A DNA stretch of 50,933 bases, from the NCBI GenBank assembly GCA_021129515.1, contig JAJOLD010000006.1, forward strand, positions 1 to 50,933, in the 5' to 3' direction. Positions 1-7,555 of this stretch are shown here, piece by piece. The notes under the pieces are model-generated. The model did no database searches. It saw nothing but the letters and a program-made list of their open reading frames with translations, and had not been told where the DNA came from. Positions within the stretch are counted from its first letter, which is position 1. Each line of letters begins with the position of its first letter. The position numbers and the translations under genes were made by a program. Origin of the DNA: Minisyncoccota bacterium. Its GTDB lineage: Bacteria > Patescibacteriota > Minisyncoccia > Phycocordibacterales > UBA918.

Positions 1-564
1 GACCGAAAGAATCTCGGTGTGAAAGCGGGTGACACAGTACGTGTGCACCAAAAGATTCAAGATAAAGGAAAGACCCGAATCCAGGTATTTGAAGGTCTTG
101 TGCTTGCACGAAAGCATGGCAACGAAGCTGGTGCGACCTTTACCGTACGTAAGGTTGTTGATGGTATTGGTGTTGAGAAGGTATTTCCACTCTACTCACC
201 ACTCATCGACAAAATCGAAATTACTCGCCGAAGTAAGGTGCGTCGTTCGAAGCTCTACTACATTCGTGAGAAGGTTGCTCGTGAGATTAAGCGCCAGATG
301 CGCCGCATGCGTCTCGTTGCAATTGCGTCAGAATCTGAAGCAGAAGCAAAGGCTCGTGCTGAAGAGGAAGCAAAGGTAGCAGAAGAAGCGAAGAAAGCCG
401 AGGAAGCAGCAGCTGAAACAACTGAAGAGACTCCATCAGAGGAGGATCCGAAGGGGGAAGAAGCTAAGGCTGACGAAGCTCCAGCTGAAGAAACAAAGGA
501 AGAAGAAGTATTAGACGATGCTAAAGCTCCTGAAGCATCTTCAGAAGAAAAGAAAGAAGGCTAA
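1..564 (+). CDS. rplS: 50S ribosomal protein L19, probably 5'-partial, with long Glu/Ala/Lys-rich C-terminal tail
   Basis: Translation ...[64 protein letters not shown] has the L19 signature. The frame is open back to base 1, and GTG at 19 is the first in-window start. Confidence 0.85.
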   Translation, partial: DRKNLGVKAGDTVRVHQKIQDKGKTRIQVFEGLVLARKHGNEAGATFTVRKVVDGIGVEKVFPLYSPLIDKIEITRRSKVRRSKLYYIREKVAREIKRQMRRMRLVAIASESEAEAKARAEEEAKVAEEAKKAEEAAAETTEETPSEEDPKGEEAKADEAPAEETKEEEVLDDAKAPEASSEEKKEG

Positions 565-605
565 TATTGCTTGAAGCAATACGCCCAAGCAAAATAGTGA
601 TACTC

Positions 606-641
606 AAAAACCACCCACATCACTCGGGTGGTTTTTGTTTT
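606..641 (+). terminator. Rho-independent terminator after rplS
   Basis: Stem CCACCC/GGGTGG (611-616/626-631) followed by TTTTTGTTTTG. Confidence 0.7.
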
Positions 642-678
642 GTTGTATTAAAAAATAATTGGTAGACATGATATATTA

Positions 679-864
679 GAAACTGTCTAAAGTCTCACCA
701 TGAAAGATGATATGACCGTACTTCATTTCGGGTCGTCGTAGCCAAAAATCTGGCTGCAGCACTTCGATTCGATCGCAATGAACGTGAGTTCATTTTGGTC
801 TCCATCTCGTGTTTCGCTCAGATTTTTGCCTACTTGAGACTCCGATGAGACTCTAGACAGTTTC
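679..864 (+). repeat. Long-range inverted repeat immediately upstream of the homing-endonuclease ORF
   Basis: GAAACTGTCTAAAGTCTCA (679-697) is complementary in 18 of 19 positions to TGAGACTCTAGACAGTTTC (846-864). They enclose about 150 nt. Confidence 0.5.
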
Positions 865-872
865 TTAGAGAA

Positions 873-1528
873 ATGGGGAAGCGTGGACCAAAACCTAAGG
901 GAAGGGTAGATACAGCCTGGTGTCCAGAACTGGCGTATGCAGTCAGTTTGATTGCAGCTGACGGTTCACTATCAAAAGGTGGTCGGCATATTGATTTCAC
1001 ATCCAAAGACCTTGACCTCATGAGGACATATTGTTCATGTCTTGGGATTGCTGACATTACAATTGGCAAGAAGTACAGTGGTAATAAACAAAATGGAACA
1101 TATTGCAGAGTGCAGTTTGGAGATGTCTTGTTCTATAAGTGGCTGCAAGATATTGGATTGTCTCCAAACAAGTCGTTGACCATTGCTTCACTCGATATAC
1201 CCGATGACTACTTTTTGATTTCCTTCGTGGTGAGTGGGATGGCGACGGAACTATATATTGTTCGGAAGATAAACGATGGAACAATAGTTTTGTTGTGAGT
1301 ATTGCGTTTGCGAGTGGAAGTATTGAATTTTTAGAATGGTTGCAGCAAGAAATTAATGCCAGACTAGGAACAACAGGTCATATACAACATACTCGTGCAT
1401 CGCAATTGCGGTATGCACGCAAAGACTCAAAAAAGATTTTTGATGCTATGTTTTACTCAAATAATCTCCCACATTTGAAAAGAAAATTTGCAAAAGCACA
1501 AAAAATCTTTACAATGAACGGGCTCTGA
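873..1528 (+). pseudogene. LAGLIDADG homing endonuclease, frame broken at a T5 run
   Basis: The first motif LAYAVSLIAADGSL lies in ORF 873-1298. The second motif FLRGEWDGDGTIY and the remainder (ORF ending 1528) are in the next frame from 1217. The junction is gac tac ttt tt|gat ttc (T run 1212-1216), and T6 would give DYFFDFLRGEWDGDG. Confidence 0.8.
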
Positions 1529-1538
1529 ATAGAGTTAT

Positions 1539-1625
1539 GCCTAGGTGGCGAAACTGGTAAACGCGTATGCTTGAGGGGCATATGGGAGCAATCCCTTGGA
1601 GGTTCAAGTCCTCTCCTAGGCACCA
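1539..1625 (+). tRNA. tRNA-Leu (anticodon GAG), CCA encoded
   Basis: Acceptor GCCTAGG/CCTAGGC, anticodon stem TATGC/GCATA with loop TTGAGGG, long variable arm, T-loop TTCAAGT, 3' ACCA. Confidence 0.9.
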
Positions 1626-1662
1626 AAATAAATTGTCAGATTTCTATCTGGCAATTTATTTT
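1625..1662 (+). terminator. AT-rich hairpin terminator after tRNA-Leu
   Basis: AAATAAATTGTCAGA / TCTGGCAATTTATTT stem followed by TTGG. Confidence 0.55.
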
Positions 1663-1688
1663 GGTTTGAGGACTTGAAGAGCTTTTGT

Positions 1689-1744
1689 GCTAGATTATGA
1701 GCGAAGCGAAATAATATAGCCAAAAGGTATACTGAAACTGTAAG
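1689..1744 (+). repeat. 56-nt intergenic element, copy 1 (hairpin + CAAAAGGTATAC + CTGTAAG)
   Basis: It has the same length and architecture as 14969-15024. The shared core is AGCCAAAAGGTATAC(A/T)G-N5-CTGTAAG. The 5' hairpin arms differ in sequence but still pair. Confidence 0.6.
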
Positions 1745-1745
1745 T

Positions 1746-1766
1746 TTCAAGTCCTCTCCTAGGCAC
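1746..1766 (+). repeat. Duplicated 3' end of tRNA-Leu (att-like direct repeat)
   Basis: TTCAAGTCCTCTCCTAGGCAC is identical to tRNA positions 1603-1623. Confidence 0.85.
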
Positions 1767-2122
1767 AAAACAGTACACAGAAAACTGCTTTGCTTGTGTG
1801 TTGTTTTGTGAGACGGAACGATGTGCGAGCTCGCTCAATGCGAGCACGAGTGGGTCCGGGGAGAAAGTTCTTGTGAGCGTTAGCGAACTAGAAACTTGAC
1901 CCCACTGGATACGTGACCTGCGTCACGTACGGCTCGGGTGTGAGGCGGAGTGTGAGAAGCAAACGCTCGCAGCTTCACTAGGAGTTGTTGGACGCCACTC
2001 ACATGAACGTTATGTTTTGTCGCGTGGCTCCGAGATAAACCTTATACTCCAAAGATGCTCCATAGTCACGCTCCACCTATGCCAAATTAACATTCAAAAA
2101 AACCACGCTATAATAGACTCAT

Positions 2123-2704
2123 ATGAGAACCACACTTCCTCGTGACGCTATTGTCATCCCCGAAAATGCAACACGTGTATTTGAGGGCATCATTCATGAT
2201 GTATATCAATGGCCACAAGAACAATTTGACGGAAGTACCGTCACCTTTGAAATGACCAAGCGACCAGATACCGTCCAAGTCTTTTTAGTAAAGGAAAATA
2301 AAATCTTAATACAAAAACAAGAACAGCCTTTTGTCGGTGCATTCTATAGTCTCCCTGGAGGACGCCATGAAGTTGCATCAGAAACTGAAGTGGAAGCAAT
2401 GGCACGAGAGCTCAAAGAAGAAACAGGCATTGTTGCAGCAGGGCTCACCCTTGTGGCAGTTGAACAGCCACATTCAAAGACTGAGTTTTTCGTGTATACC
2501 TTTGTTGCAGATGGCGTGAAAACAGAAGGGGAGATGGCGCTCGATGCAGGTGAAAAAATTGAAAATATATGGATGAGTGTTACGGACATTCGGAAGGTTA
2601 TGGATGATGGTGCATTTCGCGGAGTGCATAGTCATTTCTTTGATGAAATTGATGATGCCGACACCTTGCTTGAATTTCCTGAATACGTAGTAGACGCGTC
2701 ATAG
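2123..2704 (+). CDS. NUDIX hydrolase
   Basis: Nudix box GGRHEVASETEVEAMARELKEETG (GX5EX7REUXEEXGU). Confidence 0.85.
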   Translation: MRTTLPRDAIVIPENATRVFEGIIHDVYQWPQEQFDGSTVTFEMTKRPDTVQVFLVKENKILIQKQEQPFVGAFYSLPGGRHEVASETEVEAMARELKEETGIVAAGLTLVAVEQPHSKTEFFVYTFVADGVKTEGEMALDAGEKIENIWMSVTDIRKVMDDGAFRGVHSHFFDEIDDADTLLEFPEYVVDAS

Positions 2705-2753
2705 CACTCGACTTTTACGGCAAAAACCGCTACTATGTTGCGGCATAGATTAT

Positions 2754-2826
2754 GGCGGCTATAGTATAACGGTTAGTGCACCGGTTTGTGGTACCGGCAG
2801 TTCGGGTTCGATTCCCGGTAGCCGCC
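2754..2826 (+). tRNA. tRNA-His (anticodon GTG) with encoded G(-1)
   Basis: G(-1) opposite C73, acceptor GCGGCTA/TAGCCGC, anticodon stem CCGGT/ACCGG with loop TTGTGGT, T-loop TTCGATT. Confidence 0.9.
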
Positions 2827-2921
2827 CAAAATTTTGACAAATACACTAAAATAGTGTATTATATTAATGAACGTTCATTCGAACTTCTCAATTCAAATTC
2901 CCAGCAATCAGGAGACCTCTC

Positions 2922-3245
2922 ATGCTGAACTTTATCTTTGCCATCATGGTTGGTGGACTATTCGCTTTCCTCTCAAAGGCTATCGGCCTTTCGGCTCTCC
3001 TTTTTGTGGGTGACGGATACAATTCCTACATGGACACATCTGCACTGGTGGGCACAATCGGCTGGTTCGTCCTCGGGGCGTGGCTTAGCACGGTTGTGCG
3101 GTTCGTTGGCCCGAAACGGTGCAAAGGATTGCAAGCCTCTACAAACAGCTCACCGGTGCAGAGATGCCACCAAGTATGGTATCTCCAGGTACAGTCAGTA
3201 TGTCTATGCAGACAACCTTACCAACCCCTTCTGGAGGGCAGGTAA
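2922..3245 (+). CDS. Small membrane protein; the 3' part is doubtful and a frame change near 3110 is possible
   Basis: The N-terminal 65 aa are two clean hydrophobic helices (MLNFIFAIMVGGLFAFLSKAIGLSALLF.., IGWFVLGAWLSTVV). The distal part is Cys/Gln-rich and unprotein-like, while the frame of 3119 looks coding. Confidence 0.35.
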   Translation: MLNFIFAIMVGGLFAFLSKAIGLSALLFVGDGYNSYMDTSALVGTIGWFVLGAWLSTVVRFVGPKRCKGLQASTNSSPVQRCHQVWYLQVQSVCLCRQPYQPLLEGR

Positions 3246-3391
3246 GTATAGAAACTTCCAATCCAGCGGAATTTCAGAAGTTTCTGCAATTTTTAATGGT
3301 TTATTTGCAGAGACAAATAAGTAAGATTGGTCTGTTTCAGACAAAACTCGCATCAGATATATGGTGCGGTTTTTTTGTTATACTTTCCGCA

Positions 3392-4087
3392 ATGAACAAA
3401 GTTGCAATTATAGGATACGGACAGTTTGGTCGGTTTATGGCGAAGCATCTGCGACCGTACGTGAAGGTGGTGCCGGTCGATGTTGATACGGACCCAGCAA
3501 AGATTGCCGATTGTGACATGGTGGTGTACGCAGTACCGTTTGATGCGCTTGAGCAGGCGATACACAGTACAAAACCACATGTGAAAGCAGGTGCATTGAT
3601 ACTCGATATCTCTTCGGTGAAGCAAAAGCCGCTTGCGCTCTTAAAGAAGTATTTTAAAAAACATGAAATACTCGGCACTCACCCTATGTTTGGTCCTGAG
3701 TCTGGCGCGAAGGGTATCGAGGGACTGCCGATTGTGCTCTGCAATATCTCGTTTACCCACAGTACCTATAGGCAGACCAAACAGTTCCTTAAAAAAGAAC
3801 TGGGTCTCAAGGTGGTGGAGCAGACTCCAAAGCAGCACGACCAAGAAGTGGCATATATGCAGGGACTTTCGCACTTTATAGGGAAGGCACTGCTTGATAT
3901 GGGGCTCAAAAGTTATGCGGCAAACACACAGTCGTATGCATATCTCTTGCGTTTCTGTGGCAACCTCAAAAATGACAGTTGGGATCTCTTCAAAACTATT
4001 CAAAATGCCAATCCTGAAGCGAAAAAAGTTCGTGCCCAGTTTAGGAAAACGCTTGAGCAGTTAGAAAAGCAGTTGCAGGAAGGGTAG
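3392..4087 (+). CDS. tyrA: Prephenate dehydrogenase
   Basis: NAD-binding MNKVAIIGYGQFG and the signature GTHPMFGPES. The ORF is open in frame back to 3119, so a longer N-terminus is possible. Confidence 0.8.
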   Translation: MNKVAIIGYGQFGRFMAKHLRPYVKVVPVDVDTDPAKIADCDMVVYAVPFDALEQAIHSTKPHVKAGALILDISSVKQKPLALLKKYFKKHEILGTHPMFGPESGAKGIEGLPIVLCNISFTHSTYRQTKQFLKKELGLKVVEQTPKQHDQEVAYMQGLSHFIGKALLDMGLKSYAANTQSYAYLLRFCGNLKNDSWDLFKTIQNANPEAKKVRAQFRKTLEQLEKQLQEG

Positions 4088-4269
4088 AAAAAAGCTCTGT
4101 CAAAGGCAAATGCAAAGTCGAAAAAGAGCCAATAGCCACTTCGGAGAGGGGTCATGTTAGTAAAAAAGATAAAGCAGCTAATTGAGATTAGAATAAAGAT
4201 AGCCACTCCCCAAAACTTGCGAGTCTTATACCAAGGGGTGCCCTGTGTGTGTTCGATGACGTGTTCCAT
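4000..4269 (-). CDS. Hypothetical small membrane protein (weak)
   Basis: Hydrophobic stretch FWGVAIFILISISCFIFF. It overlaps the tyrA 3' end by 88 nt, which argues against it. Confidence 0.25.
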   Translation of the reverse strand: MEHVIEHTQGTPWYKTRKFWGVAIFILISISCFIFFTNMTPLRSGYWLFFDFAFAFDRAFFYPSCNCFSNCSSVFLNWARTFFASGLAF

Positions 4270-4509
4270 AGTGAAAAAGTGAAATAAACATGAGTATGTG
4301 GCGAGTTTCCACTAATAGCGCAGAGATACCTCTACAGAGAGAAATAGTGATATTGAAGTATAGCTTCATGTCTTTGACATGCGATATTGGTTTGGTATCA
4401 TCGAGGGTGATGCAGTGCATTGCAACACAAACACATTGTTGGTGGCATACTCGACATGTTCGTCGGGCGCGTTTTGTGTTGTAAGAAACTTTCTCTGGAA
4501 GTACAAACT

Positions 4510-4534
4510 AAAACCCGCTCTATGAGCGGGTTTT
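4510..4534. terminator. Bidirectional hairpin AAAACCCGCTC-TAT-GAGCGGGTTTT
   Basis: Perfect GC-rich stem flanked by an A run and a T run. Confidence 0.6.
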
Positions 4535-4570
4535 ATGTATAGTTCTTTCAATCACACTTGGGGGTGATAC

Positions 4571-4846
4571 GTGGAAAAAACTGAAATTTCCGAAGGGGAT
4601 ATTGCTCCTACAATTGCTAATGCGGTACGGGGGTATTGTTCGCCTCATTGCATGAGCCGTTATGTAGATATGCTCAAAGAAGGTACGCATGGGCAGATTA
4701 CCAATGACGGGGACAAATGGTTCGTGTGGGTAGACGACTATGGGTGGTTCCTCTTATCCCCAGTGCATCTCACAAAAACGGAGTATGTGCTGCCTACAGC
4801 GTCACCGCGTGGTGGTCCTGGTTGGATTTGTGCGGGACTCTCATGA
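4571..4846 (+). CDS. Hypothetical protein
   Basis: GTG start preceded by GGGGTGA, a terminator hairpin downstream (4862-4888), and balanced composition. Confidence 0.5.
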   Translation: MEKTEISEGDIAPTIANAVRGYCSPHCMSRYVDMLKEGTHGQITNDGDKWFVWVDDYGWFLLSPVHLTKTEYVLPTASPRGGPGWICAGLS

Positions 4847-4861
4847 GGAGGGTAATAATGG

Positions 4862-4888
4862 AGGTCGCACCACGGGTGCGACCTTTTT
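4862..4888 (+). terminator. Rho-independent terminator
   Basis: AGGTCGCACC-ACG-GGTGCGACCT followed by TTTTTG. Confidence 0.75.
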
Positions 4889-4951
4889 GACAAAAATAAA
4901 ATAAATTGTATTATCTGTGCAGAATATTGCTGATTTATTGGAGAGAATGCT

Positions 4952-5554
4952 ATGAGTGATATTAGGAATACAAGGTCAGTTAAACAATTGGTGGAGATGT
5001 CCATGAGGTTAGATGCTGTTCCTAGAGTGCATAATCTTAAATCACTGGAAAGCGTCTATGATGGTATGCATAAGTGTCTTATTACGAGTTCTGCACGAAA
5101 GTTGGTAGAGCGAATTGATTTTTCAGACATGCTACATGTACGCTTTGTCGACTTTATACGTGTTGGTACGTATGGGAAGGATCAGCCTTCATATGATTCT
5201 TTTGTCGCTGAACAATTAGGGAAAGGATATGTGCTTTGTGGTCCTGAGGATGCACTATTTGCACGACTCAAGTATTATCGTCAGCCAGTTGATGTTGTCC
5301 GTGACGAAAAAAATATCAAACAGACAAAAATATTATCGCGTATTATTTTTGCGATGGAGCCTATTGACGGCAGCGTGTTTGAGATATGTCGTGTTCCGCA
5401 GGCGGTTGAAGGTGTCTTGCCTAAAAAATATAGACCGGCGGGATCACGCCCCAAAAGGATTCTTGAAGACTGTCGATTACTCACTGCTCGTGACTACGAA
5501 TTCTATGCTCATCTCGAGCCGACAATGGTGGTTGCTTTTAGGAAGGGAGTGTAG
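4952..5554 (+). CDS. Hypothetical protein
   Basis: 200-aa ORF with normal composition, followed by a terminator at 5565-5594. Confidence 0.5.
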   Translation: MSDIRNTRSVKQLVEMSMRLDAVPRVHNLKSLESVYDGMHKCLITSSARKLVERIDFSDMLHVRFVDFIRVGTYGKDQPSYDSFVAEQLGKGYVLCGPEDALFARLKYYRQPVDVVRDEKNIKQTKILSRIIFAMEPIDGSVFEICRVPQAVEGVLPKKYRPAGSRPKRILEDCRLLTARDYEFYAHLEPTMVVAFRKGV

Positions 5555-5564
5555 TGCTTTCAAC

Positions 5565-5594
5565 AACCCGCGCAAGAATGCGCGGGTTTATTGT
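5565..5594 (+). terminator. Rho-independent terminator
   Basis: AACCCGCGC-AAGAAT-GCGCGGGTT followed by TATTG. Confidence 0.6.
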
Positions 5595-5613
5595 GTCTAT
5601 GCTATGCTTTTTC

Positions 5614-5709
5614 TATGGATAAAAACGACATGATACTCCTGATTACCTTTATGTTTCTGATTGGTGCGGGGCTTGGGTTTTATATTGCACGGGCGTTGTT
5701 TGGTGGGTA
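5614..5709 (+). CDS. Possible 31-aa hydrophobic peptide (below ORF-track cutoff)
   Basis: My own translation is MDKNDMILLITFMFLIGAGLGFYIARALFGG*, a single TM helix. No SD is present. Confidence 0.25.
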
Positions 5710-5787
5710 GCCACTACATATGTTATCCGACTAATTAGGTATCTAGTTGGTCGGATAACGTACTGAGTACCGTCTATCTCAAAACTC

Positions 5788-5914
5788 CTGGATTGCTTCG
5801 CATTCGCTCGCAAAGACAGGCGCTTCGCGCCTGTTTCAGAAGAAAAACTATAGGTTTTTCTTCTGACGGCACCTACGGTGCCGTCATTGCGAAGCATGTG
5901 CTGAAGCAATCCAG
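5788..5914. repeat. Nested palindromic element, copy A (CTGGATTGCTTCGC...GAAGCAATCCAG family)
   Basis: Outer arms are CTGGATTGCTTCGCATTCGCTCGCAA / TTGCGAAGC..GAAGCAATCCAG. Three internal hairpins are present (GACAGGCG/CGCCTGT, AGAAGAAAAAC/GTTTTTCTTCT, ACGGCACC/GGTGCCGT). Confidence 0.8.
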
Positions 5915-6035
5915 TGTTTTAGTAATGTATGGTCAGCATATGTTGACGTGTATGGTGTGTATTGTCTGATACGGAATATGTGAGCGCACGAGGTATACTG
6001 GTCGCAATTTCGTTTAATAATTAATACATGTCTAT

Positions 6036-6416
6036 ATGAAAGGATTTATTACTGAATTTAAAGCATTTGCAATGAAGGGCAACGTAGTTGAGCTGGCAGT
6101 TGCTGTGGTTATTGGTGCTGCGTTTGGGAAGATTGTGTCTTCGCTCGTTGAAAACATCATTACACCAGTTATCGGTACGCTCATGAAGGGTGTCGACTTC
6201 ACGGGGCTTGCGATTGAGGTAGGGGATGCGCACATCACCTACGGTGTATTCTTGCAGTCAGTGCTCGACTTTGTGATTGTCGCGTTTGTTATCTTCATGG
6301 TAGTGAAGGTAATCAACAAAATGCAGAAGGAAGAGCCAGCAGAAGAAGAAAAGCCAGCAGAGTCTTCAGAAGAGGTGCAGCTGCTTCGTGAGATTCGCGA
6401 TGGGCTTCGTCGATAG
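6036..6416 (+). CDS. mscL: Large-conductance mechanosensitive channel
   Basis: [40 protein letters not shown] is the canonical MscL N-terminus/TM1. Confidence 0.92.
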   Translation: MKGFITEFKAFAMKGNVVELAVAVVIGAAFGKIVSSLVENIITPVIGTLMKGVDFTGLAIEVGDAHITYGVFLQSVLDFVIVAFVIFMVVKVINKMQKEEPAEEEKPAESSEEVQLLREIRDGLRR

Positions 6417-6434
6417 GGGAGTTTGACGGATAGC

Positions 6435-6467
6435 AAAGAGGCGCCCGCGTAGCGGGCGCCTCTTTTG
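6435..6467. terminator. Bidirectional terminator between mscL and the convergent ORF
   Basis: AAAGAGGCGCCCGC-GTA-GCGGGCGCCTCTTTT. Confidence 0.75.
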
Positions 6468-6644
6468 CATTAAAAGTGTCCGGTAGTTTCTGACCGGGCT
6501 GAGTCCACCATAAGAGGATGGAGGAGGAAAATACTATGCAAGCAACTTGTGTTTGGGTCAACTAGCATGCTAAGGGTTTGCATTATTGAGTGGGTATTGA
6601 AAATGGCCCAAAGTTTTCAACCAAGGGCCAGTGAAGAGGAATGT

Positions 6645-7106
6645 TTATTCGAGAGACGATGTCGCAGCAGACATCGATGTTTTCTTTGCAACAAAAGGTG
6701 CTTTTCTCGTCGTCTTTTCAGTAGATTTGTTCTTTTGTGCAGCTTTGACGGCCTCGTTTATCTCCACCGCTTCAGACACAATAACCTGCTTCACACGTCG
6801 CCATAATTTGCCAACAATTGCTTCAGCACCAGTCTTCATGACATCGTTTGCTGCGAACTTCGTGATAATGCCATGCATATCACAGAGCGTAACATTATGT
6901 GAGTCTTCCGAATCTTGTACCACCAGATGATTTCCAGTCTCACTGACGGCGATACCTTGATGTGCAAGCATCATGACGATTGAATATGCCGCTTCCATCA
7001 TTTGTGTATCAAGTTCAGGGCCTTCAAGGAGTGGTTCGGATATGATAGGTAGTAAGATGTCTTTAAACGTCGCGTTCAAAGACGCCGGTTTTTCGTGATG
7101 AAACAT
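6645..7106 (-). CDS. Hypothetical protein
   Basis: ATG at 7106 is preceded by AGAGGA with 6-nt spacing. A sigma70-like promoter lies upstream. The ORF is open to 7139. Confidence 0.5.
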   Translation of the reverse strand: MFHHEKPASLNATFKDILLPIISEPLLEGPELDTQMMEAAYSIVMMLAHQGIAVSETGNHLVVQDSEDSHNVTLCDMHGIITKFAANDVMKTGAEAIVGKLWRRVKQVIVSEAVEINEAVKAAQKNKSTEKTTRKAPFVAKKTSMSAATSSLE

Positions 7107-7172
7107 AGGTGTTCCTCTATTTTTGTTTGAGAACATCATCCTTCTTCCAGTACGGGCAGGACGACAAATGAA

Positions 7173-7201
7173 ACTGTACTACCAGAAATATGGCATGTCA
7201 A
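7173..7201 (-). promoter_or_regulatory. Sigma70-like promoter TTGACA-17-TACAGT
   Basis: On the minus strand, TTGACA is at 7201-7196 and TACAGT at 7178-7173, about 60 nt upstream of the 7106 start. Confidence 0.4.
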
Positions 7202-7555
7202 TATCGTAATGATGGTATTTGTAACACTACAAAACACCCTTTGCAGGTGCACAAGACTTGTCTCCCGGTGCGAAATATTGCTATCCACAGACAGCGCACA
7301 GAAGGCTAAAAAACCTTCATTTAAAAAACCAAGGATTTTAAGCATTTATTAAAATGGGGTAGAAAATACATAGGAAATCAGCCAAAGAGTAGTCATGCTA
7401 TTATGTGTCTAACACACGCTACTTGCTCTTCGTGTGTCGGGGGTATACGAAGCACATAATGGTCCGCGTTTCTCCAGTGCGGCGTGCACAGTTCATGTAA
7501 CTCGTTGAGTACACGAACGTCCTTTATTAGTGCCTATTAAACAATAGTACAAGCT

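Noticed and set aside
1767-2122. RNase P RNA or tmRNA in the ORF-free tract
   Set aside because: No GAGGAAAGUCC / ACAGAA..CCGGCUUA (P4) or GGUAAGAGCGCACC motifs are present. There is no tRNA-like T-arm before the CTCCACC-like string, and no tag ORF.
5649-5909. 86-aa minus ORF (and 34694-35146) spanning palindromic elements
   Set aside because: These are translations of the repeat arms, and 34694-35146 also overlaps the metG start.
7395-7470. NrdR boxes upstream of the RNR fragment
   Set aside because: Inverted repeats exist (ATTATGTG...CACATAAT, ACACACG-N12-CGTGTGT), but none fits the 16-bp ACACNATATATNGTGT-type box or its tandem spacing.
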